Positions 38,627 through 48,193 of a stretch of 64,000 nt of DNA are shown here, piece by piece. The position numbers and the translations under genes are program-made. The notes below the pieces were generated by a model that saw only the letters and a program-made list of their open reading frames with translations, made no database searches and had not been told where the DNA came from. How positions within the stretch are numbered: the first letter of the stretch is position 1; every line of letters begins with the position of its first letter. This DNA comes from an uncultured bacterium (GTDB lineage: Bacteria; Patescibacteriota; Minisyncoccia; Phycocordibacterales; JAACPR01): the NCBI GenBank assembly GCA_937858275.1, contig CALLZK010000024.1, positions 72,745 to 136,744 on the forward strand, written 5' to 3'.

Positions 38627-38705
38627 TCGCAAAAAAATATTTTAATATTATTTTTTGCCATAATTAAATAATCATCAAAAATCAAAATTACTAAAACAAA
38701 TCGAT

Positions 38706-38735
38706 CAATTTCTGATTGACAAAACAGTATTTTAT
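38706..38735 (+). promoter_or_regulatory. Promoter TTGACA-18-TGtTATAAT driving the SPFH-like island operon
   Basis: Same sequence family as 29804-29833. Followed by a 9-bp hairpin (38752-38776), a second hairpin GCCGGACAATCCGGC, and an AAAGGAG Shine-Dalgarno. Confidence 0.55.
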
Positions 38736-38848
38736 ATGTTATAATTAAAGATAGAAAAATAACTCTTTAACCTGTTGTTAAAGAGATTGAACATTGTCAG
38801 AAAGTAAGTTTGATAAAGCCGGACAATCCGGCAAAAGGAGAATGAGTT

Positions 38849-39997
38849 ATGAGTGGATTTTTGATAGTATTTGTGTTTGGCGGGTTAATCTCGGCATTTC
38901 TGGCCATTGTGGCCGGAGCATCTTCTTTTGGAATGTCAAAGGAAGATCATGACAGCGAGGTTCCGCAAGGGCCTCGAATGTTATTCCACTTCCTATCGGC
39001 GATAATTGTCTTTGCAATAACGGTGATTTTATCTTCATTATTGATTGACAAGGTGGGCCTGTTTAACAGACCACTTCCCCTTATTTTGGGGGTAATGTTT
39101 GCCGGAGCGGTTTTCAAGATTCCAGCATTCTACACAGAAGTTGCTGGAAACACCGCCAAAGTCGCGGTTCCGCTTTTTGGTGGAACAATTGGCGACAAGG
39201 GAATTGTTTTGTACCGAATTTTTCTATCTGGTTTCAAATGGAAATTTCCATGGGAAACCTTTGGGAAAGACTCGTCAGTTGACTTGGAGAAAGATACAAC
39301 AATTTCCAAGTCGATTGAGGTTGAGTTTGCTGACGGTATAGGCAAACTAACATGGGTCGCAACTATGCAACCCAACAAAAACAAAATCCAGCAACTTTTA
39401 AACATCGGAATAAATCCCGATGAAAGAAAAAAAGTGTTGGAAGCAGTTTTTACATCATTCTTCAATTCACTCATCGGTGTTGCCTGCAAAGGTGAGAAAA
39501 TCGATGAGATTATGGGTGATCGTAAAAAAATCATCCAAAAGGTCGTTGGAGACAAAGCATCCAACGGTCTGGAAGAAAAAGAACTGATGTACGGCATCAG
39601 CCTTAACTCGTTTGTGATCAGTGATATAGATTACTCAAGCGAGGACAGAAAGAAAGCCAAGGAACAGATGGCTGTTGCAGACATTTTTATGCAAACAGTT
39701 GTTATGATCCTAAAAAGACGAGGTTTTACCGATGAGCAAGTCGGTAAAATTGGAAAAAAAGGTGGAGTTCCGAAGAAAGAATATGCCGAGGCGGTTCGCC
39801 TTGCCAAGATTCTTTCGGACGAGGTCAATGCCTGGGATATCAATATATCGGGTATTGAAAATCTGCAAAATCTTCACCTACCAGCAGATGCCGCAAGAAT
39901 GATGTTTGCTGCTGGTGGCCAGAAAACTGGTCGCCAAGGAAATCAACAAAAACCGTTTTCCGGGCAAAAATCCGGGAACGGGAAAGGGGAAAAATGA
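38849..39997 (+). CDS. Membrane protein with three N-terminal TM helices and an SPFH/Band-7-like (stomatin/flotillin/HflKC-like) domain; Gly/Gln-rich C-terminal tail
   Basis: The hydrophobic N-terminus is followed by a domain that follows the SPFH consensus pattern, ending in ...YGISLNSFVISDIDYSSEDRKKAKEQMAVAD. About 40-53% GC. Confidence 0.55.
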   Translation: MSGFLIVFVFGGLISAFLAIVAGASSFGMSKEDHDSEVPQGPRMLFHFLSAIIVFAITVILSSLLIDKVGLFNRPLPLILGVMFAGAVFKIPAFYTEVAGNTAKVAVPLFGGTIGDKGIVLYRIFLSGFKWKFPWETFGKDSSVDLEKDTTISKSIEVEFADGIGKLTWVATMQPNKNKIQQLLNIGINPDERKKVLEAVFTSFFNSLIGVACKGEKIDEIMGDRKKIIQKVVGDKASNGLEEKELMYGISLNSFVISDIDYSSEDRKKAKEQMAVADIFMQTVVMILKRRGFTDEQVGKIGKKGGVPKKEYAEAVRLAKILSDEVNAWDINISGIENLQNLHLPADAARMMFAAGGQKTGRQGNQQKPFSGQKSGNGKGEK

Positions 39998-40479
39998 GCT
40001 CAACATCACAAACCCAAAAGACAATAAACAAAATAGTCTTTTGGGTAACAATGTTGGCGGTGGTGATAATCATCATCGTCTTCATGCCCAAGTGTGGCAG
40101 TGATCGTAATTCGGGCAGTTGTGCGATACCAGTGTCCTCATCGGACACGAAAACCGCAAAAACAGTGCCGAATTACGGTCCAGCCATCATAAGGTTGGGC
40201 CCCGGGGAAATCACGGACATAATCCTGACGAGGGGCGAATTCTTTGAGTGGAATTGCCCCACTGATGGATTCAAAATCCGAGTGTTTCAAAGAAACGGAA
40301 TGCCTTTCGTTTCCAGAAACACTGATCCGGGTGGATGGGTTTTGAGGATATCGAATTGCATTCGATATCAATGCTGGTTGAAAGATATAACCAGCATGTC
40401 GGTACATGGGATACAATTTGGTGTACCGACCAATCTGTCTTCTGGTGTAGAAATTCAATACACCAGAAACAGAATGTAA
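39994..40479 (+). CDS. Hypothetical membrane-anchored Cys-containing protein (161 aa); possible NfeD-like partner of the SPFH protein
   Basis: Its start overlaps the previous stop (ATGA). One TM helix followed by a beta-rich region with 5 Cys. About 53% GC. Confidence 0.5.
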   Translation: MSSTSQTQKTINKIVFWVTMLAVVIIIIVFMPKCGSDRNSGSCAIPVSSSDTKTAKTVPNYGPAIIRLGPGEITDIILTRGEFFEWNCPTDGFKIRVFQRNGMPFVSRNTDPGGWVLRISNCIRYQCWLKDITSMSVHGIQFGVPTNLSSGVEIQYTRNRM

Positions 40480-40516
40480 AACACACCGTTTCTAACGGTG
40501 TGCCACATGCAATAAC

Positions 40517-40556
40517 CAAGACCTCGTTGCCAACGCACGAGGTCTTTTCTTTTTTA
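40517..40556 (+). terminator. Rho-independent terminator (AGACCTCGT...ACGAGGTCT followed by a T-run); a second hairpin lies at 40482-40503
   Basis: A 9-bp stem followed by TTTTCTTTTTT. It lies between the convergent island operon and gpmI. Confidence 0.7.
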
Positions 40557-40563
40557 CAAAATA

Positions 40564-42054
40564 TTAGATCAAAAGAGAATTACCAGTCATGCAATTTGGT
40601 TTTTTAATTTCAAACAAGTCCAAAACTGTTGGTGCCAAATCAATTAAAGAACCGTTTTTAATTTTAAAATCATTTGAGGTTAATATGCACGGAACCTGAT
40701 TAAGAGTATGAGATGTATGCAATTCTTTTGTTATAGGATCAATATTCAATTCAGCATTTCCATGATCTGCTGTAATAATAGCCACTCCGTTTTTTTTGGA
40801 CAAAGCATCAATTACTCTCTTTAATTCCCCATCAACGACTTCCACGGCTTTTATTATGGCGGAAACATTTGCGGTATGACCAACCATGTCCGGATTTGCA
40901 AAATTTATAAAAATAAAATCTACCCCCTGATTTATTTTTTTTATTGCTTCGTCTGCAATTTCTCTGGCTTTCATCTCTGGAGCCAAATCGTGTGTTGCCA
41001 CATCTTTACGACTAGGAATCAAAATATGTTCTTCTTTTTCAAATGGTTTTTCTACACCACCATTTAAAAAATATGTTGCATGAGGAAACTTTTCAGTTTC
41101 AGCAATATGAACCTGAGATAATCCAGCTTGAGAAATTTCTTTTGCCAAAACGGTTTCTATTTCTTTTGCAGGAAAAGCGACTTGCACATCAAAATCTTGA
41201 CTGTATTCTGTAAATGTCAGTATTTTAATATTTTTTTGTTTTTGTTCTTCTAATAATTTTGAAGTCAACATTCTAACCCTATCTGCTCTAAAATTAAAAA
41301 TTATTACAGCATCATTTTCTGATAATGAACAATTTTGAACCACAAAAGGCTTTATGTGTTCATCGCTTTTTACAATCTCATGTTGTTTTTTAATTTCAGA
41401 AATAATTTCTTCAAAACTTAATTTTAAATTTTTGTTTTGCGATTCTTTCAATAAGTTCAAAAAATTATCTAATCTATCCCAATTATTATCTCTGTCCATT
41501 GAATAATATCTACCAGAAATGGTAGATATAAAAATGTTTGAATTTATTTTTTTGAATAATTCAAATAAAATTTTTATTGAATCTTGTGGGCCACTATCTC
41601 GCCCATCTGTAAAAAGGTGTAGAGCAACTTTTTGTAAATTATTTTTTTTACACAAATCAATTAAAGCATTTAGATGTTCTTGATGAGAATGAACTCCGCC
41701 CTCACCAAGTAATCCCATAATATGCAATGTTGAATTTTTTTCTTTAACAGAATCAAAAATTTTTTTAAATTCTGAATTATTTTCAAAATCGCCATTTTTG
41801 ATTGATTTTGAAATTTTAACCAAGTCAGTATCAATAACTTGACCAGCTCCAATTGTCATATGACCAATTTCACTATTTCCAACTTGTCCCCTTGGCAAAC
41901 CAACATGTTCTTCTCCAGCATGCAATAAACTATGTGGATAATTATTCCATAAGTTATCAAAAAATTCAGTTTTTGATTTTGCAATTGCATTGTTTTCAAA
42001 ATCAACACTGTGACCCCAGCCATCCAAAATTATCAGAGCAACTTGTTTTTTCAT
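40564..42054 (-). CDS. gpmI: 2,3-bisphosphoglycerate-independent phosphoglycerate mutase
   Basis: MKKQVALIILDGWGH N-terminus and conserved iPGM blocks. Confidence 0.93.
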   Translation of the reverse strand: MKKQVALIILDGWGHSVDFENNAIAKSKTEFFDNLWNNYPHSLLHAGEEHVGLPRGQVGNSEIGHMTIGAGQVIDTDLVKISKSIKNGDFENNSEFKKIFDSVKEKNSTLHIMGLLGEGGVHSHQEHLNALIDLCKKNNLQKVALHLFTDGRDSGPQDSIKILFELFKKINSNIFISTISGRYYSMDRDNNWDRLDNFLNLLKESQNKNLKLSFEEIISEIKKQHEIVKSDEHIKPFVVQNCSLSENDAVIIFNFRADRVRMLTSKLLEEQKQKNIKILTFTEYSQDFDVQVAFPAKEIETVLAKEISQAGLSQVHIAETEKFPHATYFLNGGVEKPFEKEEHILIPSRKDVATHDLAPEMKAREIADEAIKKINQGVDFIFINFANPDMVGHTANVSAIIKAVEVVDGELKRVIDALSKKNGVAIITADHGNAELNIDPITKELHTSHTLNQVPCILTSNDFKIKNGSLIDLAPTVLDLFEIKKPNCMTGNSLLI

Positions 42055-42061
42055 ATTTTAA

Positions 42062-43360
<1,299 letters not shown>

Positions 43361-43464
43361 TTAAAATTAAAAATTAATAAAAACCAAAACAAGCCAAATT
43401 ATACACTAAAATATTTTATAAAACAAAATTTACTTTTTTACCAAAAAATTGTAAAATCAGAAAT

Positions 43465-43872
43465 ATGAAAAAAATAATTAAAGAATTCAAAGATTTTGCC
43501 ATTAGAGGAAATTTTATTGATATGGCAGTTGGTATAATTATTGGAGGTGCTTTTGGAACTATTGTAAATTCCTTGGTTAAAGATGTTATTATGCCGCCGC
43601 TTGGTCTTATAACTGGTGGAATAGATTTTTCTGATAAGGTATGGATTTTAAAACAAGCTAGCGAATCTGGTCCGCAAATATCCCTAAATTACGGACTTTT
43701 TATAAATAGTGTCATTAGTTTTTTAATAGTTGCATGGGCAATTTTTGTAGTAATAAAACAAATAAATTTACTTAAGGCCAAAGAAGAAAAGAAGCCGGAA
43801 CCAAAACCAACAGAACCACCTGCCGATATAAAACTACTAACAGAAATAAGAGATATTTTAAAAAACAAATAA
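43465..43872 (+). CDS. mscL: Large-conductance mechanosensitive channel MscL
   Basis: FKDFAIRGNFIDMAVGIIIGGAFGTIVNSLVKDVIMPP is a canonical MscL N-terminus. Confidence 0.9.
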   Translation: MKKIIKEFKDFAIRGNFIDMAVGIIIGGAFGTIVNSLVKDVIMPPLGLITGGIDFSDKVWILKQASESGPQISLNYGLFINSVISFLIVAWAIFVVIKQINLLKAKEEKKPEPKPTEPPADIKLLTEIRDILKNK

Positions 43873-43873
43873 A

Positions 43874-44776
43874 ATGTTATCGAAATTTCAAAAAATCAAT
43901 GTTTTTTCTGAAATTATAATTTTTGTTATTATAATTTTATCCATCATTTACATCATATTTACTCAAACAAACAACAAAAAAGAAATTACGAGTTTGAATG
44001 AGAAAATAAATTCTCAAAATGAAAGTCTTTCCGAAAAAATTACCAATATTGAAAATATTTTAATAGAGGCCACAGATCAAAATTTATCTATCAAAGAAGC
44101 ATTAGAGCAAGCAGAAAAAAAATCAGAGTCTCTGTCAAAACAATTTGATAGAGTTAACAGAAATGTTGGAGAATTAGAAAAGATTACCAAAACAGACAAA
44201 GAGTTATTACAAAAATACTCAAAAGTATATTTTTTGAACGAACATTACAGACCTGCTGATTTAAAAAACATAAAACCAGAGTTTACTTTTAATAGACAAA
44301 GAGAGTATCAAATACATTACGAAGTTTGGCCGTATTTACAAAGTTTATTAGAAGATGCAAAAGACGACGGGCTAAATTTGTTAGTTATTTCTGCATTTAG
44401 ATCATTTCAAGATCAAGCAATTTTAAAAGGTAATTATGTTGTAACATATGGAGCCGGAACAGCAAATCAATTTTCGGCAGATCAGGGGTATTCAGAACAT
44501 CAACTTGGTACCGCGGTTGATTTTACAACACCAATTGTCGGAGCAACATTTTCTGGATTTGAAAAAACAAAAGAATATGATTGGCTTACAAAAAATGCCC
44601 ATAAATATGGTTTTATACTCTCCTATCCACCAAACAACAAATATTATCAATATGAGCCCTGGCATTGGAGATTTGTGGGAGTTAGACTCGCAACCGATTT
44701 GTACAAAGACAAAAAATATTTCTATGATTTAAGCCAAAGAGAAATAGACGAATATATAATTTATTTATTTGACTAA
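43874..44776 (+). CDS. VanY-like D,D-carboxypeptidase (peptidase M15B) with an N-terminal TM and coiled coil
   Basis: Zn-ligand motifs SEHQLGTAVD and EPWHW. Confidence 0.8.
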   Translation: MLSKFQKINVFSEIIIFVIIILSIIYIIFTQTNNKKEITSLNEKINSQNESLSEKITNIENILIEATDQNLSIKEALEQAEKKSESLSKQFDRVNRNVGELEKITKTDKELLQKYSKVYFLNEHYRPADLKNIKPEFTFNRQREYQIHYEVWPYLQSLLEDAKDDGLNLLVISAFRSFQDQAILKGNYVVTYGAGTANQFSADQGYSEHQLGTAVDFTTPIVGATFSGFEKTKEYDWLTKNAHKYGFILSYPPNNKYYQYEPWHWRFVGVRLATDLYKDKKYFYDLSQREIDEYIIYLFD

Positions 44777-44825
44777 AAAAAATAACTTTGTATTATAAAC
44801 CCAAAAGCACAAAGGAGAGTTAAAA

Positions 44826-45245
44826 ATGAAAATTTTGATAATAGACGATAATAGGTCGGTTGCTGAAAAGATGAGTAAAATTATAACCGATTTTCTCATC
44901 GGGGCCGAAGTTACAGTTTGTTCAATGTCTTACAGTCCAGATCAAAGTCCGAGACTTAGGATTCCGGACATTGATACTGTCCAGAGACTTATCGAGAGTC
45001 ACGACCTAATCTTGATAGATCACAATCTTGGACAGATTGAGTTTGATGGTTCAATTTTGGCAAGATTTTGTCAAAAAAATGGTAAATTTCACATAGGAAT
45101 TTCTAGCCATTCATCTTTTTGCAAGACAAATTTTATGGCCAAACATGAACTAGATATTCATCCGGCATTTGTTGAAGCATTCGAAAACATTTTGGCAGAT
45201 ACGATTGCCGAAATGAAGAAAATTCAATTATCCAAAATTAGATAG
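44826..45245 (+). CDS. Orphan response-regulator receiver (REC) domain protein with no output domain
   Basis: MKILIIDDN and the phospho-acceptor context DLILIDHNL. About 45% GC. Own Shine-Dalgarno and terminator. No histidine kinase nearby. Confidence 0.55.
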   Translation: MKILIIDDNRSVAEKMSKIITDFLIGAEVTVCSMSYSPDQSPRLRIPDIDTVQRLIESHDLILIDHNLGQIEFDGSILARFCQKNGKFHIGISSHSSFCKTNFMAKHELDIHPAFVEAFENILADTIAEMKKIQLSKIR

Positions 45246-45279
45246 CGCAAAAAACACAAAAATTTTGCGCTATTTTTTT
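45244..45279 (+). terminator. Rho-independent terminator (AGCGCAAAA...TTTTGCGCT followed by a T-run)
   Basis: A 9-bp stem followed by ATTTTTTTG. Confidence 0.7.
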
Positions 45280-45297
45280 GTGATATAATAAAAGTAT

Positions 45298-46077
45298 ATG
45301 GAATTTTCAACCGCATTATTATTTTCAATTATTATAAATATATTACTTTTTATACCAGCATTTTTATTAAAAACTGATAAATTAACAGATTTGTCTTACA
45401 GTATTTCATTTGCAGCAGTCGCCTTATTTTTATTTTTAAAATCAGAAAAAAATATTTTGGATTATGTTTTATTGATCATGATTTTAGGTTGGTCATTTAG
45501 AATTGGCTTTTATTTATTAAAAAGAATTTTAAAAACAAAAAAAGATGTGAGATTTGACGGAATTAGAGAAAGTTTTTGGAAATTTTTTGGATTTTGGATT
45601 ATTCAAGCAATTAGTGTTTGGCTAATACTTTTACCCACAATTATATTTTTCTTTAATTCAAAAAAAGAAAGTTCTTTATTGTTAATTTTTCTAGGAACAA
45701 TAATATTTTTGATTGGATTAATTATAGAAACTATTGCTGACAAACAAAAATTCGATTTCAAAAATAACTTGGCAAATAAAGACTTGTGGATAGAAACTGG
45801 ATTATGGAAATATTCAAGGCATCCAAATTATTTTGGTGAAATATTAGTTTGGATTGGGATTTTTGTGTTATCTACATCAATTAATATTTCAATGTCTTAT
45901 GTTTTTGTAGGTATAATTAGTCCAATATATATTTTTATAATATTAAGATATTTTTCTGGCATACCACCTCTAGAAAAAAAATATGACCAAAGATTTTCTG
46001 AAAATAAAAATTATTTAAAATACAAACAAAAAACCAATCTATTGATACTTGGTCCAAACAAAAACTTGACAGAATAG
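45298..46077 (+). CDS. Polytopic membrane protein of the ICMT/DUF1295/steroid-5-alpha-reductase-like methyltransferase superfamily
   Basis: Multiple TM helices and the SRHPNYFGE motif characteristic of this superfamily. Confidence 0.6.
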   Translation: MEFSTALLFSIIINILLFIPAFLLKTDKLTDLSYSISFAAVALFLFLKSEKNILDYVLLIMILGWSFRIGFYLLKRILKTKKDVRFDGIRESFWKFFGFWIIQAISVWLILLPTIIFFFNSKKESSLLLIFLGTIIFLIGLIIETIADKQKFDFKNNLANKDLWIETGLWKYSRHPNYFGEILVWIGIFVLSTSINISMSYVFVGIISPIYIFIILRYFSGIPPLEKKYDQRFSENKNYLKYKQKTNLLILGPNKNLTE

Positions 46078-46190
46078 TTTAAAAAGACTATAATAGAAAC
46101 AATCAAATAGCTAATAAAAGTAAGAATTAGAGTCGAGTTTGTATCTTTTGTGTGTTTATTTGAGGATTTATTGGTTTATATTAAATAAAA

Positions 46191-46394
46191 ATGCAAAAAG
46201 GACAAATTGTTCGAATCATGGATAAAGGCTACGGCTTTATAAAACATGAAGGTAGTTCAAAAGATCTTTTTTTCCATTCAAACGAACTTCAAAATGCTCA
46301 GTTTGACGACCTAAAAGGTGGTGAAAATGTAGAATTTGAAATCGCTGAAGGAAAAAAAGGACCTCAGGCTATCAAAGTAAGTGTTATAAAATAA
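46191..46394 (+). CDS. Cold-shock protein (CspA family)
   Basis: 67 aa. RNP1-like KGYGFI and RNP2-like FFHSNE. Confidence 0.9.
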   Translation: MQKGQIVRIMDKGYGFIKHEGSSKDLFFHSNELQNAQFDDLKGGENVEFEIAEGKKGPQAIKVSVIK

Positions 46395-46411
46395 ATTTCA
46401 CTTAAAAATAT

Positions 46412-46440
46412 AAAACCCCGACATTAGTCGGGGTTTTATA
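46412..46440 (+). terminator. Rho-independent terminator (CCCCGAC...GTCGGGG followed by TTTT)
   Basis: A 7-bp GC stem, a 4-nt loop and a T-run. Confidence 0.75.
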
Positions 46441-46461
46441 TTTTTGTAGACTACAAATTAT

Positions 46462-46704
46462 CTATCCGTAAACGGTTCTTAGGGCGATTCTAATTATAGA
46501 AAATACCCCCATCATAATGACCATTCCGACAATACCCCACAAAATATGTCTTTTGCCAGTTTCTCTACCATCTGCAGATTCAGCATCTCTTATAAATTCA
46601 AAGACACCCCACAGAAAAATAACAAATGCAACTGCAAATACAACAAATATTAATGGGTTTATTATGACATTTGATAATCTTTGTATGAATATTTCTATGG
46701 TCAT
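46462..46704 (-). CDS. Small two-helix membrane protein, pilin-like (TrbC/VirB2-like) paralog 6; no signal peptide
   Basis: Two hydrophobic helices joined by a charged loop (RDAESADGRETGKRH). Paralogous to the five upstream genes. Confidence 0.5.
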   Translation of the reverse strand: MTIEIFIQRLSNVIINPLIFVVFAVAFVIFLWGVFEFIRDAESADGRETGKRHILWGIVGMVIMMGVFSIIRIALRTVYG

Positions 46705-46715
46705 TTTATTTTTTA

Positions 46716-47051
46716 TTACAAACCAGGAATTGTAGGTACTGCTGTTGTTCCACCGGTTCCTATACCAAATGTTGATGCCAACAATTCAATAATTCCCCAA
46801 ACGGAGACTATCACAAACAAGCCCACTATACCCCAAATCATAAAAGATTTTGCTTCAGATTGTCCGTCAGCATCTTTTGAAAGAATATATTTTATAACAC
46901 CCCAAATGAATGTTAATAAAGCAATACCAATCAAAATTGGAACCAAAGAACTAATTATTCCACCTATTGTATTTACTCCATCTGTTAATGTCTGAGCAAA
47001 AGACACAACAGGTAAAATGAAAGCAACTAATAAATAAGAAACATGTTTCAT
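46716..47051 (-). CDS. Pilin-like (TrbC/VirB2-like) small membrane protein paralog 5
   Basis: Signal peptide ending SFA-QTL, then helix, a charged loop SKDADGQSEAKS, a second helix, and a Gly/Thr-rich tail. Confidence 0.55.
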   Translation of the reverse strand: MKHVSYLLVAFILPVVSFAQTLTDGVNTIGGIISSLVPILIGIALLTFIWGVIKYILSKDADGQSEAKSFMIWGIVGLFVIVSVWGIIELLASTFGIGTGGTTAVPTIPGL

Positions 47052-47166
47052 GTTAAATTTAAATTTTAAGAATGTTATTAATAATACATTTGAACTATCT
47101 TAAATAGCTCAGTATTAATTATATATTATTAAATATTAAATAACAATAAAAATAGTGTGGATTGTT

Positions 47167-47430
47167 TTATAATCTAATTATTGGTATTCCAAAAGAAAAT
47201 CCAAATGTACCCGATACCATAGAAACTATTCCCCAAAAAGAAACCATCACAAAAAGACCAATTATTCCAGCCGCAATATATCTCAAACTTTCTTTCCTTT
47301 TTTCTTCGCTATCAGAATTTGTAAGGTATATAACAAGACCATACAAAAAGACAACTAGTGCTATTGCGATGATGAATAAAGCAACATATCCAGACAAAAC
47401 TGTTATTCTATAAAATACCTGCTGAAGCAT
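47167..47430 (-). CDS. Pilin-like small membrane protein paralog 4; no signal peptide
   Basis: Two TM helices joined by the loop TNSDSEEKRKESLRY. Confidence 0.5.
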   Translation of the reverse strand: MLQQVFYRITVLSGYVALFIIAIALVVFLYGLVIYLTNSDSEEKRKESLRYIAAGIIGLFVMVSFWGIVSMVSGTFGFSFGIPIIRL

Positions 47431-47486
47431 AATTTTATTTATTTAATTAATTATATAATAACACAAATTATTAATATCGTAATACC

Positions 47487-47840
47487 CTATGGCCTTAAAG
47501 ACCTTATTGATTCTGGTTGTGTTGGCAGAGAAACATTTCCAACTCTAAAAGTTCTCTGTAACATAACAACCAAACCCCAAACAGATACCATTACAAAAAG
47601 GAATATTATACCGTAGACTATCACCGAAACCGCATTCTTTTTTTCTGATTCACTGGTTGATATTACATATTTTATTATACCCCAAATAAAAGCGACTAAA
47701 CCAAGACCGATGATTAGGGGTATGATATATATTTTTATTATGAGCGATAAATAAATAAAAAAATCATTTAAGTTACCAATTGATTGGGCATATGATATGT
47801 TTGGTAAAAAAATTAAAGCAAATTTTAAAAATATATTCAT
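47487..47840 (-). CDS. Pilin-like small membrane protein paralog 3
   Basis: Signal peptide ending SYA-QSI, then two helices and the loop STSESEKKNAVS. Confidence 0.55.
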   Translation of the reverse strand: MNIFLKFALIFLPNISYAQSIGNLNDFFIYLSLIIKIYIIPLIIGLGLVAFIWGIIKYVISTSESEKKNAVSVIVYGIIFLFVMVSVWGLVVMLQRTFRVGNVSLPTQPESIRSLRP

Positions 47841-47844
47841 AATT

Positions 47845-48192
47845 TTATATATTAACTCCCAATCCTCTGGCAGTACTTACAATAATATTACTTAGCAATT
47901 GAGCACCAAGCAAAACAATTGCCCCGATAACTGTCCACAAGAACACACTTTTTGCTTGATTTATTTTTTCTGGATTACCCCTTGCTGCGATAAATAGAAA
48001 TCCGGCATAAATTATGGCAAGTACCACAATCACAGTTCCAACTGTTACAACAACATCTAATATTCTATTTATCAGAACCCCCATATTACTAACCCCTATC
48101 GGATCATTTAGTCCGCTATTTAATGTTTGACCAAATGTAATTGTTGGTAAAAGTATTGTTGTCAAAAAACCTGTTTTAATTATTTGTTTCAT
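47845..48192 (-). CDS. Pilin-like small membrane protein paralog 2
   Basis: Signal peptide ending TFG-QTL, then two helices and the loop ARGNPEKINQAKS. Confidence 0.55.
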   Translation of the reverse strand: MKQIIKTGFLTTILLPTITFGQTLNSGLNDPIGVSNMGVLINRILDVVVTVGTVIVVLAIIYAGFLFIAARGNPEKINQAKSVFLWTVIGAIVLLGAQLLSNIIVSTARGLGVNI

Positions 48193-48193
48193 A

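Noticed and set aside
38145-38632. ORFs 38145-38477(-), 38375-38632(-) and 38235-38513(+) of 85-110 aa with repeated sequences
   Set aside because: They overlap tRNA-Leu(TAG) and are produced by the 173-bp tandem repeat, so the same peptide appears twice. GC-rich repeats generate spurious open frames. No Shine-Dalgarno or promoter supports them.
39130-40148. Antisense ORFs 39130-39597(-), 39631-39843(-) and 39840-40148(-) inside the SPFH-like island
   Set aside because: They are fully antisense to the longer, motif-bearing plus-strand genes. Elevated GC reduces stop-codon frequency and creates long shadow ORFs.
46517-46995. Plus-strand ORFs 46517-46735 and 46681-46995 overlapping the pilin-like genes
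   Set aside because: They are antisense shadows of the minus-strand paralog array. The minus-strand products show a consistent signal-peptide and two-helix architecture, whereas these do not.
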